A DNA stretch of 64,000 bases from assembly GCA_943358385.1 (NCBI GenBank), contig CALRGX010000001.1:66380-130379 (forward strand). The letters are read 5' to 3'. Of this stretch, positions 49,102 to 59,926 are shown one piece after another. A program made the translations under genes and the position numbers. How positions within the stretch are numbered: position 1 is the first letter of the stretch; the number at the start of each line of letters is the position of its first letter. The stretch comes from Parcubacteria group bacterium (GTDB lineage Bacteria > Patescibacteriota > Minisyncoccia > Phycocordibacterales > UBA2100). The notes under the pieces were generated by a model. It saw only the letters and a program-made list of their open reading frames with translations. It was not told where the DNA came from and ran no database searches.

Positions 49102-50865
49102 CTATTTGGTTTGGACCGACGAGGCGAGAGCTTTTCGCATCTCCACAATCGAGGCAAAAATAGACGGCATCTCGCAATCACGGCAGGCATGTTCAAGCAC
49201 GGTCTTCTCGTGTGATTTAAGGGTGATGGCGTGCACGGTGATGTGGCGACGGCGCATGTCGTTCAAGAAGTCTACAAATGCCTCAGCTCCCGTGAGGTCG
49301 ATGTAATTGACGCTCGCAAAACTTAATACCACGTGCTCGATGCGCTCGCCCGTACGTTCACGAGTGCGCAAAAGCCAGTGAATTTGCTCGATGATGTGCT
49401 CGGCATTCGCATACACCAAAGACATATTGGGGCGTGCAATGAGTACACCGTGTAAGCGCACTGCATCAGTGTCTGCCGTGCACGGCTGGAAAATGTTGCG
49501 CTCGGTGTCGATGCACAATTCATCGACACGTGCCCACATGATGCGATTGATAAAGAGAATGAGAGAAACGACAATACCGAATATCACCGCAGTATCTGGC
49601 TTTACGATGAGGGCTACTACGAATGTCATGCCGGCGATGAAACCGTCGGTGCGGGATATATAGAACGCTTTAGAAAACTCGCCAAATTTCACCAATTGAA
49701 TGACCGAGCCTATAACCACCGCCGCCAAGATGGCGCTCGGTAGATACGAGAGGAATTTAGTAAAAAAGGTAAGCGTAAGGAGTGTGGCGACGGAGAGTAC
49801 GATACTCACCATGGGCGTGCGCCCGCCGGCAACAACATTGGCAGCTGATGCTGAAAAAGAGCCAGCGACCGGAAACCCGCCTGCGATAGAGGTGGCAATG
49901 TTAGCGCTGCCTTGGCCGATGAGTTCTTGATTGGCACTGAGGTGGCCGCCATTCGTGCGCGCGAGGCTCGTGCCGATGCCATAGGTGCTCATGAATCCAA
50001 TCACCGCAATCGTGAGGGCACTTCCGAAAAGTGAAAGGGCGCCAGAGAGCGTCAACTCTGGCAAGAAAAATGCAGGGAGTCCTGCGGGCACCGCGCCAAT
50101 AGTGTGCACACCGAATGATTCAACCCCCAGCGCCATACTCAATGGTATCGAGGCGCCCAGGATAATAAGACCCATCGGAATTCCAGGCATCGTGCGCCGA
50201 GCAACAATCATCAATATGAGCGCTGCAACACCAATGAGTGCCGTAAGTGGATGTAATGAAAATATATTTGCGACGATCTGCTCGAGTGTGGCGTACATCA
50301 AAGGGTCCTGGTGCACGGAAAAACCAAGGAGCGTCGGCACTTGCATAGCGGCAATGATGATACCGGCTGCCACCGTAAACCCAATCAGCACTGAGCTAGG
50401 AATGAGTCGTGCTAAAAACCCTAAACGAAACCCGCCAGCCAAAAATTGAAGGAGCCCCACCATCAGAGCGAGTATCACCGCAAGTGCGATGTATTCAGGA
50501 GTGTTGGGGGTGGCCAAGGGCACGAGTGAAGTGAGGGTAAGAAGGCTGATGACTGCAACGGGTGCGGTAATCACCAAGGGCGAGCTGCCCCAGAGTGCGG
50601 CGATACTTGATCCAACCAAGACGCCATACAGGCCGTACACCGGCGGGACACCCACCAACAACGCCTGTGCCATCGATTGTGGAATAAGAACGCCGGCAAC
50701 AGTGAGGCCGGCGATGGTGTCGGCACGGAATTTCGTGCCATCGTACCGCCTCATCCACGGGCGCATGGGATTCAGTGCGTGAGAGATGTGCTCGAAGAAC
50801 GAACGCGAGAGCTCGACCCCATCTTTGAGCCACTTGAGGTATTCATCCTGGGGGAAGAGAGCCAT
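49102..50865 (-). CDS. SulP-family anion permease with C-terminal STAS domain
   Basis: 587 aa; about 11 TM; STAS region …HVVLSFASVNYIDLTGAEAF…. Confidence 0.85.
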   Translation of the reverse strand: MALFPQDEYLKWLKDGVELSRSFFEHISHALNPMRPWMRRYDGTKFRADTIAGLTVAGVLIPQSMAQALLVGVPPVYGLYGVLVGSSIAALWGSSPLVITAPVAVISLLTLTSLVPLATPNTPEYIALAVILALMVGLLQFLAGGFRLGFLARLIPSSVLIGFTVAAGIIIAAMQVPTLLGFSVHQDPLMYATLEQIVANIFSLHPLTALIGVAALILMIVARRTMPGIPMGLIILGASIPLSMALGVESFGVHTIGAVPAGLPAFFLPELTLSGALSLFGSALTIAVIGFMSTYGIGTSLARTNGGHLSANQELIGQGSANIATSIAGGFPVAGSFSASAANVVAGGRTPMVSIVLSVATLLTLTFFTKFLSYLPSAILAAVVIGSVIQLVKFGEFSKAFYISRTDGFIAGMTFVVALIVKPDTAVIFGIVVSLILFINRIMWARVDELCIDTERNIFQPCTADTDAVRLHGVLIARPNMSLVYANAEHIIEQIHWLLRTRERTGERIEHVVLSFASVNYIDLTGAEAFVDFLNDMRRRHITVHAITLKSHEKTVLEHACRDCEMPSIFASIVEMRKALASSVQTK

Positions 50866-51018
50866 GTGCGCATTGTAGACCCAATGCAGCTTTACGCACG
50901 GTGGGGAAAAGCAGAGCTTTGCACATGCCTTCGCGAACTCCTTACATTCATTTATTTACGTGGCATTATATAAAGAGTGCCTCTACAGAGAGGCGCTCTT
51001 TCACAGAAGGGCTCAGAT

Positions 51019-51360
51019 ATGAAGAAGGTAACGGTGGACCTGGATCAGCTACTGGCTGACAAGGTCATCACGGCGGGGCAATACCCCGAAATCGAGAAAC
51101 GGGCACAGGCCTTCACTGCGAACACATTCATCCAGTTTGCTCTTGGCATCTGCATGATCGGTTTCGTTGCGGCGGCGGTCGCCCTCGACAAGAAATTCGA
51201 ACTGATTCCGTATTGGGCGGCAGCGCTCATGATCTTGGGCATCGCGGGGCAGTACTTGCTCCCGGTGCAGACGCGCATGATGGCGCAAGTATCGGCCACC
51301 ATCGGCACCATCGCGTTCTGCGGCTGGCTCCTGTATCACGCGTCGCCGATGCTCGGGTGA
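51019..51360 (+). CDS. small membrane protein (2-3 TM)
   Basis: ORF 50977..51360, start MKKVTVDL. Confidence 0.4.
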   Translation: MKKVTVDLDQLLADKVITAGQYPEIEKRAQAFTANTFIQFALGICMIGFVAAAVALDKKFELIPYWAAALMILGIAGQYLLPVQTRMMAQVSATIGTIAFCGWLLYHASPMLG

Positions 51361-51396
51361 TGCTGTCGCTCATCTCGAAATAGTTGGCACCGAGCC

Positions 51397-51432
51397 AGCA
51401 AAAGCAAAAGGCGCGCTCATAGAGCGCGCCTT
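51397..51432. terminator. bidirectional terminator AAAAGGCGCGCTCATAGAGCGCGCCTTTC
   Basis: between convergent ORFs. Confidence 0.65.
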
Positions 51433-51460
51433 TCTTGTGTGTGGGTGAATCCCGCGAGGC

Positions 51461-51940
51461 CTACAGCTTCTCGAAGCAGTTGCGCACTCCTTTCATAAAC
51501 TGCTCGAGCGCCGCTCTCTCCTTGAGTGAGAGCTCGGGGTTGTCGCGCGCCATGCCGCCGATTCGATCGAAGTGAACCATCCTGCCGTTCTTCAAGGAGA
51601 AAACCATCCCGGCCTTGCCACGATAGGCAATGTTTACCGTCTCCAAGAGGACACTCGAGCCCTGCTTGGTCTGGTAGATAATGCTCACTTGGTCGTCTTG
51701 GGCCAGTACCGTCAGATCCGTGCTCGGTGTTTTCCACGACGGATTCTTCTCAATCCGGAAGCTGTGCATGCCGTTGAATATGCTCGGCAGCTCGTCGATA
51801 CGCAGATTTGGTGGGCCGATGATGGCCCGAAAGGTGTACGCACGAAACGTGGGGCTCAAGAACCACAGTGCAACGAGGCACAAAAGCGCGAGAACAAGGT
51901 AGACGAGGGATTGGTCCATGGATTCCTCCAGTGGTTTCAA
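51461..51940 (-). CDS. membrane-anchored hypothetical protein
   Basis: N-terminal TM LVYLVLALLCLVALWFL. Confidence 0.45.
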   Translation of the reverse strand: MKPLEESMDQSLVYLVLALLCLVALWFLSPTFRAYTFRAIIGPPNLRIDELPSIFNGMHSFRIEKNPSWKTPSTDLTVLAQDDQVSIIYQTKQGSSVLLETVNIAYRGKAGMVFSLKNGRMVHFDRIGGMARDNPELSLKERAALEQFMKGVRNCFEKL

Positions 51941-52041
51941 CTTGCGGCACTATGCCATAGCGGGAGGGGTGGGGGAAGGAGGGTGGCATTCCGAATTTAG
52001 GCAGTAAGTCTGACGCCTTAAGGCCAAGGCGATTGATTGCC

Positions 52042-52605
52042 TTACTTCAGCAAACGAAGCACAAAAGTTTTGTAATCTGCCTGGCTTGTGATTAGAGAAA
52101 CCGCGTCACCGCCCGCGTCGGTTATGGCTACCTCACCTGTTATCTTGTTGATGCGGAAAGTGTGACCTTGCTCACTCTCAAGCGTAACAAACTGCTCAGT
52201 ATTCGAAATGATTCGCAATACTTCCTTATCGAATGATTTCGGTGGGAGGGCATTCAATTTAAGTGTTTCAAGGAGTGTAAAAAGTTGGGCTCCATTCGCA
52301 TCTCTGCCGTCGGTCGCTTCAATGGTGTAGTACTGACGTGCATCCTTAGGCTGTTTGGCAATATCAGGAAAGACAACTAAGCCACTAGTCTTGCCAACCG
52401 CTATGTCGCTCTCGCCCGCGTTTGTTGTAAATCGTCCATTTGAATCATCTCTGCGGAATTCCATTTCTGCAGTTAGGTCGATATGAGGGACTGCGTAGTC
52501 ATAGTAAAGACGGTCAGTTTTCTCTCCTTGCCATGCCAAAAGAAGAGCAAGATTTGAAACAATGAGCATTACTATGATTCCTAGCGCAATTTTACTGTTC
52601 ATCAA
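52042..52605 (-). CDS. secreted/membrane-anchored hypothetical protein
   Basis: N-terminal hydrophobic IALGIIVMLIVSNLALLLA. Confidence 0.45.
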   Translation of the reverse strand: MMNSKIALGIIVMLIVSNLALLLAWQGEKTDRLYYDYAVPHIDLTAEMEFRRDDSNGRFTTNAGESDIAVGKTSGLVVFPDIAKQPKDARQYYTIEATDGRDANGAQLFTLLETLKLNALPPKSFDKEVLRIISNTEQFVTLESEQGHTFRINKITGEVAITDAGGDAVSLITSQADYKTFVLRLLK

Positions 52606-52889
52606 CGTACCAGTTAATTTGGTAATTCTGATTATACATCAAGAAAATTCTAAAAAATAAGATTTCTTGGCAGAAAAGCTGTCAGGAACCTTTTTATCTC
52701 AAGGTGTCTGAAGAGCACATAATAATTCATGTCGGGATTGTCCCAGAATCGCGGGCTATTCTTTCGTCCTCTGGACTCAGAAAAGACCTCGCGTTCTTGG
52801 GCGGCGCCTCAGATTTTTCATCTATAACGGTAGGGAATCGGTCAGGGATATTTTTCTCGCCGTCGCTCGAAAAATTCCAGTCACACATA

Positions 52890-53000
52890 CCGTTTTGCTA
52901 AACGGTTGCGCGACCCCGCCTCGCGCCGACGCGCTCCGGCCTTGCGAATGCATCCCGTGCATTCTCACCCCGTCTCGCTGGTTTCTTTTGCTAAAGAAAC
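52890..53000. repeat. two perfect small hairpins with TGCT loops: CCGTTTTGCTAAACGG (52890-52905) and GTTTCTTTTGCTAAAGAAAC (52981-53000)
   Basis: read directly; CCGTTTTGCTAAACGG recurs at 63711-63726. Confidence 0.6.
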
Positions 53001-53168
53001 ATAGCTCCGCCTTTCAATTCCCGCTCGCGATGTGCGCAGGCACATCGCTCATCTCCACCAACGAAAAAGCCGCCCTTGCGGGCGGCGTTTTCTTAAAGGT
53101 TTGTGGCGCCGTGTACGCAGTGCGTCACGGCATCCTACAAAATTATAGTCGTGAGACTCCTTAATTTT

Positions 53169-53571
53169 GTGGAGATGGCGGGAATTGAACCCGCGTGCAG
53201 TGAGGGAACACACAAATATCTACAGGGCGTAGTACATTCAGAGTTTTTTAAACGGTGCGAGTGTGGAATGCACAAGATGACGCATCGTCGATCTATTTTT
53301 CTTTAAGGCGCAGTCGCAAAGCGACGACTAGCCCGGACCCGAAGGTATGACGTTTCAAACTACGTATCGGATGTCGGTAGCGAAACGGCCGCGATGGCTG
53401 CCACAAGGTGGACTTACGCGAAAGCGAACTGGAGATCTGTTGCCTGAATTGGGCTCAGAACGCCACGTGCTGTTTTAGTTGCACTTATTGGGTTGTGGCA
53501 GTTTTAATAGGTACCACAGCTATGCCATGCATCTGTATGAGCCGATCTCCCTGTCGAAGCCAATCATCCCC
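53169..53571 (-). ncRNA. ssrA: tmRNA (transfer-messenger RNA)
   Basis: 5' GGGGATGATTGGCTTCGACAGGGA…; 3' T-arm GCGGGTTCAATTCCCGC + acceptor CATCTCC pairing with 5' GGGGATG, discriminator A; internal reading frame ending …QFAFA-TAA. Confidence 0.8.
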
Positions 53572-54038
53572 CGTGAGATATCAATGCTGTCGCACTGCTA
53601 CCGAGCGTATCGTGTCAGAAAAAGAAACGTGTGTGCTCTGCAGTGAGAAACTATTGTGATCTGCAATACTACGCGAATTGAATATCTCACGGGGAAGGAC
53701 TGCCTAGCTGCCATGGGCAGAAGGAAGAAGGGAATGAATTGTTAAGGAACTGTATGAGTGCTTGCGTGTGGGGAGGAGTGGGCGGCTCCTCCCCGAGATT
53801 TAGTCGAGCCAGTCCTCATCGGGCGGGCCGAACACAATCTCGTCGAAGGGAGTATTTTTAAAGTACTCCTTCGCCTTAATAACAAACTGCCAAATGGTGC
53901 GCATCAGCGCCTCCTCTGGTTGCCACACGTAAATATTCAGTAAGGGCTACGAGCAGTATACGCTTCCATCTTTTTAAAACCACTGCTCGCAAGTGAGGCC
54001 GAATCGTGCGCAACGCGCGCGCGATTCGGCCCAAGGGC

Positions 54039-54143
54039 TCACAGGCCAACCGCTTTTCCGAAGAAGTCACCGATTGCCACACAGGTGGCAAGGCCGGTTA
54101 CGGTTGTCACTGCGAGCAGTGCGTAGAGCATCAGGTTCCACAT
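54039..54143 (-). CDS. 34-aa hydrophobic peptide MWNLMLYALLAVTTVTGLATCVAIGDFFGKAVGL
   Basis: AGGAGA RBS 7 nt upstream of ATG; below ORF-track size cutoff. Confidence 0.35.
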   Translation of the reverse strand: MWNLMLYALLAVTTVTGLATCVAIGDFFGKAVGL

Positions 54144-54246
54144 AGGTGTATTCTCCTGGTTACTTCTGGGCACTTGCGAATCGTGGTTTTAAACAGACGC
54201 TTGAGAGTAGAGGCGAGGCATGATGCACTGCATCGCCTCGCCCCCG

Positions 54247-54456
54247 TTATTTCAGGAAGAAGAATCCCACATAGCCAGCAATCAGTGCGCCGGCCCCAGC
54301 AACTTTCGCCGCCTGCTCGTTCCGCGTGATGCGGTAGACGAGCCATGAGGTGATGCCGGCAACTACCATCAAGATGATGGTAGGGAAGAGAATCTTGTTC
54401 CAGAAGGTAGAGAAGAATAAACCAACGGCGCCAGCGCCGGGCATAGGGTCGCGCAT
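54247..54456 (-). CDS. 69-aa two-TM membrane peptide
   Basis: ORF; hydrophobic hairpin topology. Confidence 0.35.
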   Translation of the reverse strand: MRDPMPGAGAVGLFFSTFWNKILFPTIILMVVAGITSWLVYRITRNEQAAKVAGAGALIAGYVGFFFLK

Positions 54457-54901
54457 TGTTATTTCCCCACGTTGTTTCTACCCTCAAGAGTCTGTATGTA
54501 CGAATGCTGTGGGGTGGGGGCGGTGCACGACGCATTGCGCGTGCACCGCCCGTCGTCAGGTCAGGAGGCCGTGCTCATCCTGCGGTTGGCGCTTGCTCCA
54601 CCATGCCGCCTCCTCTGCGGCGTCGGCGGTGTCGTCGATGGCCGGCACGGGAGGTGGGGACATGAACGGAGCTCTGCCGCGGGTTTCGAATGCGCGATGG
54701 AATCGCGCAACCGTTGCCTCGTCCTCAGGTGAGTTCGGATCTCTCTCAGACTTTTTGGGCATGAGATTAATGACCTTTCTGGTGGGATGCCAGCACGTCG
54801 CTGGGCCACCCCACAACATTCGTAGATTTCAAAGAGCTGCAACGTATGCTTGAAGGTGACCCCGAGGTCGCACAAGGTGTGCGGTCCTCGGAATCGTAGT
54901 G

Positions 54902-55069
54902 TCACTGCCGGGTCGTATCGGTTAGTGCCGGGGTGTGTGAGGAACTTGCGAGACCGTGCCACTCGACAATATCTTTCAGGAAGAATATGCCGAGCATCGC
55001 CAGGAACACAATTGTCAGCACGACTCTGAAACGCACCGGCGCAGGTCCCTTTGTGGGGCTGTGTTTCAT
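54902..55069 (-). CDS. 55-aa membrane peptide MKHSPTKGPAPVRFRVVLTIVFLAMLGIFFLKDIVEWHG…
   Basis: strong RBS ACAGGAGGATTGC-ATG; just downstream of smpB on same strand. Confidence 0.45.
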   Translation of the reverse strand: MKHSPTKGPAPVRFRVVLTIVFLAMLGIFFLKDIVEWHGLASSSHTPALTDTTRQ

Positions 55070-55104
55070 GCAATCCTCCTGTGGCCACCTTCAAATATAC
55101 GTTT

Positions 55105-55539
55105 TTAAAATTCTTTGCGTCGAAGGCGGCGATCTTCATCGCGTTTCTTGATGTCTTGGCGTTTGTCGTGCTTCTTTTTGCCGCGCACAATCGCGATATC
55201 TGCCTTCAAAACTCTGCCTTTATTATACACTGAAATTGGCACTATTGTCAAGCCTTGGGCACCCTCAATGGCGGAAATATGGCCTAATTCCTTGGCGTTT
55301 AGAAGTAGGCGGCGTGGACGAGTGGGGTCGTATTCAGGCGCATTTACTGCCTGCCATGCGGGGATGTTGGCCCCCACCAAAAATGCCTCACCACCACGCA
55401 CCACTACGCGCGCGCCTTCCAGCTTTCCACGCCCGGCACGCAGGGACTTCACCTCGGTTCCCAGCAACTCCAAACCTGCCTGGAGAGTTTCCAAGATTTC
55501 GTATTCAAGGTGTGCTTTCTTGTGTCGTATCAACGCCAT
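55105..55539 (-). CDS. smpB: SsrA-binding protein SmpB
   Basis: KKAHLEYEILETLQAGLELLGTEVKSLRAG…DPTRPRRLLLNAKEL…GLTIVPISVYNKG…RGKKKHDKR. Confidence 0.9.
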   Translation of the reverse strand: MALIRHKKAHLEYEILETLQAGLELLGTEVKSLRAGRGKLEGARVVVRGGEAFLVGANIPAWQAVNAPEYDPTRPRRLLLNAKELGHISAIEGAQGLTIVPISVYNKGRVLKADIAIVRGKKKHDKRQDIKKRDEDRRLRRKEF

Positions 55540-55622
55540 GGGAGAATCGTAGCTTTTTTGCGAAGTATTGACAAGTATTGATTTTCGTTGGAATATTGTT
55601 TTGGTAGAAACCAGCCAAGGAG

Positions 55623-56120
55623 TTGGCTATGTATAAGCTGTGCTTGAAATCGGAACACCCCGTGCTGACGCCGATAGTGCCGCTTGCAGCAGCGCGTCTC
55701 GTTCCGGGCAACCGGAATGAGAGCCCGCATGCGCGCTTTGTCTTCAAGATGGACAACGCCGCAACGCTCTCGCGCCTTCTGCAGGTGATGCGCTGCCTTA
55801 GCGCAACCCCGATACTCGACCTCAGCTTCAACGGCCTCGTCATGACACTCGGCCTTGCCGTTGTGCTGCGCGTCGATGAATCTGGTGCCGCTCGCGTGTT
55901 GGGGAACGGTTCACACCTGTTCGCCGCCGTCAACGACATCGTGCTGAAGGTGTCGGCGCAGCTGTCGCCGGAAGACGAAGACGTGTACCTGGCACGGGCG
56001 AGCAGCAAAACGGTCTTCACTGTGGTATCGCTCGAACTTGCCGATTCCTGCGGCCACGAGCTGCAACTGTGGGCAGGGGAGGCACCACTGGTGGTGCTTG
56101 CTCCGCAAGATATGCGGTGA
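55623..56120 (+). CDS. hypothetical protein (165 aa)
   Basis: ORF followed by strong terminator at 56130-56160. Confidence 0.45.
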   Translation: MAMYKLCLKSEHPVLTPIVPLAAARLVPGNRNESPHARFVFKMDNAATLSRLLQVMRCLSATPILDLSFNGLVMTLGLAVVLRVDESGAARVLGNGSHLFAAVNDIVLKVSAQLSPEDEDVYLARASSKTVFTVVSLELADSCGHELQLWAGEAPLVVLAPQDMR

Positions 56121-56229
56121 ATGTAAAGAGCCGGGCGCTTGCGCCCGGCTCTTCCTTTTTGTGTGCACAGGGCGTATGTACTCCATACAAAGCGCTATGC
56201 TGTATGCAGGAGAGAAAGCGAGGTAGGTC

Positions 56230-57165
56230 ATGGATCTTATTGGCTCAAAGACTGTCCTCGACACACTCATGCGAGAGTGCAGCGGGCAGGAAGAAAAAAA
56301 GCGTACGCGCATCATCATTGCAACGCCCTGTGGGTTAGGCGGAGCGTTTCAAGCAGGGATGCTGCATGCATTGCATGATCGTGGTGTCTGCGAACAACAC
56401 GTGGATGTGAGTCTAGGGCTCTCAGCAGGAAGCTGGAACCTGGGTGCTTTCTGGGCAGGTCAGGCGGCACTCACTGCTGATGTATATGTGCATTTGGCGG
56501 GGATGTCTTTTTCGCTTATGAAGCAGTGGGATCTACTGGGGCTCGCGTACCTTAAAAAATTACACCGAGGCGAAGTGCATGCAGAGTTCAAATTACACGA
56601 GCATGCGATTCGCGACGCCAAGCATCTGTTTCTGGTAGGGGTCACGGATAGCAAGCGCCGCTTACAAATGCACGACGTGAGCAAAACAGAAAATATAGTC
56701 GACTTGTTTGCTGCGTCGTCTGCATTTCCACTGTTTGCACTTCCACAAAAAGTAGCAGGCGAGTGGTACACCGATCCCGCTAGTGCGCATCCGTGCCCGA
56801 TTCCTTCGATAGTACGGAAGGCGAATGTCGGGCATAACGACATCGACGTATTGATTCTGGGCGGGCGCATGCATCCACGGCACTTCAGTGTGTGGGAGCA
56901 GTGGACGTACCAGTCTCTTATGTTTACCTACGCATGGCTTACCTGGCAGCACAACGCATTCCTAGATGGTCTGCTTTCGATTGACCAGCGTATGGAACGG
57001 GCATTTGCGATGTGCGAAAAAGTACGGTCCAACAGTCGTGTGCGGCTACTTGCCTTGGTGCCGTCGCCAGACCAGTCGGTGATACCCTTTGGAGCAACTG
57101 CGGATGCTGTTTTGAATTCAGCACAGGCTGGGTACCGTTCAATTGAGGAAATGTGGCGGGTATAG
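56230..57165 (+). CDS. patatin-like phospholipase family protein
   Basis: oxyanion-hole GLGGAFQAG and GLSAG (GxSxG) nucleophile elbow. Confidence 0.65.
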   Translation: MDLIGSKTVLDTLMRECSGQEEKKRTRIIIATPCGLGGAFQAGMLHALHDRGVCEQHVDVSLGLSAGSWNLGAFWAGQAALTADVYVHLAGMSFSLMKQWDLLGLAYLKKLHRGEVHAEFKLHEHAIRDAKHLFLVGVTDSKRRLQMHDVSKTENIVDLFAASSAFPLFALPQKVAGEWYTDPASAHPCPIPSIVRKANVGHNDIDVLILGGRMHPRHFSVWEQWTYQSLMFTYAWLTWQHNAFLDGLLSIDQRMERAFAMCEKVRSNSRVRLLALVPSPDQSVIPFGATADAVLNSAQAGYRSIEEMWRV

Positions 57166-57258
57166 CTGCAAAGTGCAGGTGAACATCGACGGGCAAGCCA
57201 AAGGCTTGCCCGTTTCGATTTCCGTTGCGAAACCCTCAGAAAACTCTATAATCGCTTA

Positions 57259-59208
57259 ATGACTAAAAACCCCCCAGGTGCGCCGCAAGAGATGGAAGAC
57301 GATGTAAAGCCTGCCCCGAAAAAGCCGGATGATGGTGTGCCGAATTTCTGGATTCAAGCAGGTATCACTGTCTTGGTATTGGCTGTCCTTATGGGTGGGT
57401 ATGGGTACGTGAGCGAGCAGATGAAAGAAAAGCAGGAAGAAGTGTCACTCTCGATGCTTGCCCAAGATATGGTGCAGGGGCAGGTGACAAAAATCATCGT
57501 TCGCGGGGATGCTATCGAAGCAACGTACCTTGATGAGAAAGTAAAAAAGTCGCGCAAAGAAGCTGAAGCTGGATTGACTGAAACGCTTTCATTCTATGGC
57601 GTGACCCCAGAAAAACTTGCCACGGTGTCGATCGACGTAAAAGACGAAACAGGGGTGAAATTCTGGGCGCTCACGTTGTTGCCGATTTTCCTCCCGATTC
57701 TTCTCTTGTTTGGGCTGGTGTGGTTCCTTACGCGCCAGGTAAAAGGCGCTGGCATGCAGGCGTTTACCTTTGGCCAATCGCGTGCACGTATTACTGCGCC
57801 CGAAGATGCCGCGCAGCAAATTACCTTCAAAGATGTTGCAGGTGCAAAAGAAGCGAAAGAAGAGCTCACTGAAATTGTGGATTTCCTCAAAAGCCCCAAG
57901 AAGTTTCTTGCGATTGGCGCACGTATTCCAAAAGGAGTCATGCTGATGGGCTCACCCGGTACGGGAAAGACATTGCTTGCACGAGCGGTTGCAGGTGAAG
58001 CAGGGGTGCCATTCTTTTCTATCTCAGGCTCAGAATTCGTAGAAATGTTTGTGGGTGTGGGCGCGTCACGTGTGCGCGACCTTTTCAAGATGGCAAAAAA
58101 CACCGCACCATCCATTGTATTTATTGATGAAATTGATGCGGTGGGGCGGGTGCGCGGTACTGGGATTGGTGGTGGGAATGACGAACGCGAACAAACATTG
58201 AACCAGATTCTGGTTGAGCTCGATGGTTTCGAACCCAGCGAGAAGGTGATTGTGATGGCAGCCACCAACCGTCCTGACGTATTGGATCCCGCACTTCTGC
58301 GACCTGGCCGTTTTGACCGTCGTGTGACGATCGACCCACCAGATAGAGAAGACCGCGAAGCAATCCTCGCGATTCATGCGCGCAAGAAGCCACTCCATGC
58401 GGATGTAAATTTGATGGTGATTGCCGAGCGCACTCCAGGATTTTCAGGTGCTGATTTGGCCAACGTGATGAACGAAGCGGCTATTTTGGCGGCCCGCGAA
58501 GATCGCACCGAAGTGACTCAGTACGACCTGCTGCGTTCAATTGAAAAAGTGATGTTGGGGCCGGAGCGCCGCTCGCACATTCTAAGCAAGAAAGAAAAGG
58601 AAATTACGGCGTACCACGAAGCAGGGCACGCACTAGTATCGTCTTTGTTGCCGTACGCTGATCCAGTGCACAAGGTGTCAATTATTTCTCGTGGTCGTGC
58701 TGCAGGCTACACGCTGCACTTGCCATTTGAAGACAGAAAGATGCAGTCAAAAAATGAGTTCCTCGACGACATTGCAGTTTCTTTGGGTGGCTACATTGCC
58801 GAGAAAGAAGTGTTCGGCGACTTAACGACCGGGGCAAGTAACGACCTGCAGGTCCTTACGTCGCTTGCGCGCGATATGGTAACCCGTTTTGGCATGTCTC
58901 AGAAAGTGGGTCCTATGGCACTGGAATCAGGTGGTGGCCGGCCAATATTCGGAGGCACAGGTGTAGACGGTAACGAACACTCAGAGGAAGTTGCCGCACT
59001 CATCGACAGTGAAGTAAAGGAAATCATTCAAGGAGCCTACAAAAAGGCGGAAGGAATTATCACGCAGTATCGCCCAGTGTTGAATGCGATTGCGAAAGTA
59101 CTGCTAGACAAGGAAACGCTAGAGCGCGCAGATTTCGAAGCGCTTTTGGTGGCAAATGGAATCACGCCAAAAAAGAAAGAAGATATCGAACATCAGCCGT
59201 TGGTGTAG
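57259..59208 (+). CDS. ftsH: ATP-dependent zinc metalloprotease FtsH
   Basis: 2 N-terminal TM; AAA Walker A GSPGTGKT, Walker [10 protein letters not shown]; HEAGHAL zinc motif. Confidence 0.95.
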   Translation: MTKNPPGAPQEMEDDVKPAPKKPDDGVPNFWIQAGITVLVLAVLMGGYGYVSEQMKEKQEEVSLSMLAQDMVQGQVTKIIVRGDAIEATYLDEKVKKSRKEAEAGLTETLSFYGVTPEKLATVSIDVKDETGVKFWALTLLPIFLPILLLFGLVWFLTRQVKGAGMQAFTFGQSRARITAPEDAAQQITFKDVAGAKEAKEELTEIVDFLKSPKKFLAIGARIPKGVMLMGSPGTGKTLLARAVAGEAGVPFFSISGSEFVEMFVGVGASRVRDLFKMAKNTAPSIVFIDEIDAVGRVRGTGIGGGNDEREQTLNQILVELDGFEPSEKVIVMAATNRPDVLDPALLRPGRFDRRVTIDPPDREDREAILAIHARKKPLHADVNLMVIAERTPGFSGADLANVMNEAAILAAREDRTEVTQYDLLRSIEKVMLGPERRSHILSKKEKEITAYHEAGHALVSSLLPYADPVHKVSIISRGRAAGYTLHLPFEDRKMQSKNEFLDDIAVSLGGYIAEKEVFGDLTTGASNDLQVLTSLARDMVTRFGMSQKVGPMALESGGGRPIFGGTGVDGNEHSEEVAALIDSEVKEIIQGAYKKAEGIITQYRPVLNAIAKVLLDKETLERADFEALLVANGITPKKKEDIEHQPLV

Positions 59209-59218
59209 GTGGTGCATA

Positions 59219-59255
59219 GGGAAGGGCCGCAGCGCGATGCGCTGCGGCCCTTTCT
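59219..59255. terminator. palindrome GAAGGGCCGCAGCGCGATGCGCTGCGGCCC + TTTCTTT (after ftsH); identical palindrome at 59890-59919
   Basis: read directly. Confidence 0.65.
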
Positions 59256-59804
59256 TTATATATCGAGTTTCATCTTGGGGCGTCTTGGGCCATTAAATGT
59301 GCCCAAATCGCGTTGCTTGAAAAATTCAAGCATCTGGCGAGCGCCGCGTATGCGCTCGCTGCGCAAGGCAAACTCAAGTGGTACGGCGACGACTGCAGCA
59401 TGCCGATTCACTGAGCGTGCTCCTTCCTTGATGATGCGAGAAAGCGGGCGCACACCTGCGCGATATCCTGGCAGCTGCACGATGCGCGTGTGTTCGCGAT
59501 GCATTTCCCAATGGAAGAACGCACCATCGAAACCTGCGGGAGGCGCGCAATCATGCGACTTTCCAACAGCGTCTAGGTACGAGCGGAGATCATGAGGTTC
59601 CTTGGGTTGCGTTTGCTCGAGGACCATCACGATATCATCCGCCAACTCTTTCGCTCGGATTTCGTCCTTGCAAAATGAAACGTAGGTGACAATGAACGGG
59701 TCTTCTTTTCGTGGTTGCTGCTTTTTCTGCGTATCCTGTGCGGCAACGCTGGTGCTGCACAGAAGGAGAAAAGCAATCACGAACATCCTCGCTAGGTACT
59801 GCAT
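59256..59804 (-). CDS. secreted hypothetical protein (182 aa from MQYLARMFVIAFLLLCSTSVAA)
   Basis: ORF 59256..59921 trimmed to signal-peptide Met, excluding upstream palindrome. Confidence 0.45.
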   Translation of the reverse strand: MQYLARMFVIAFLLLCSTSVAAQDTQKKQQPRKEDPFIVTYVSFCKDEIRAKELADDIVMVLEQTQPKEPHDLRSYLDAVGKSHDCAPPAGFDGAFFHWEMHREHTRIVQLPGYRAGVRPLSRIIKEGARSVNRHAAVVAVPLEFALRSERIRGARQMLEFFKQRDLGTFNGPRRPKMKLDI

Positions 59805-59926
59805 AGGAGCTCCTTTCACGTGCCGCCTGATGCTTACTGCACTTCGTTCATGATTGCATGCGCGTGATGAGTGCACAATGATGCATAAGGAAGGGCCGCA
59901 GCGCGATGCGCTGCGGCCCATGGTGA

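Noticed and set aside
54350-55190. ORFs 54350..54853 (+), 54561..55190 (-) and 54556..54819 (-) in a GC-rich stretch
   Set aside because: Arg/Pro/Ala-rich low-complexity translations typical of non-coding GC-rich DNA; mutually overlapping; no RBS. The 87-aa MPKKSERD… version was kept only as a remote possibility and not listed.
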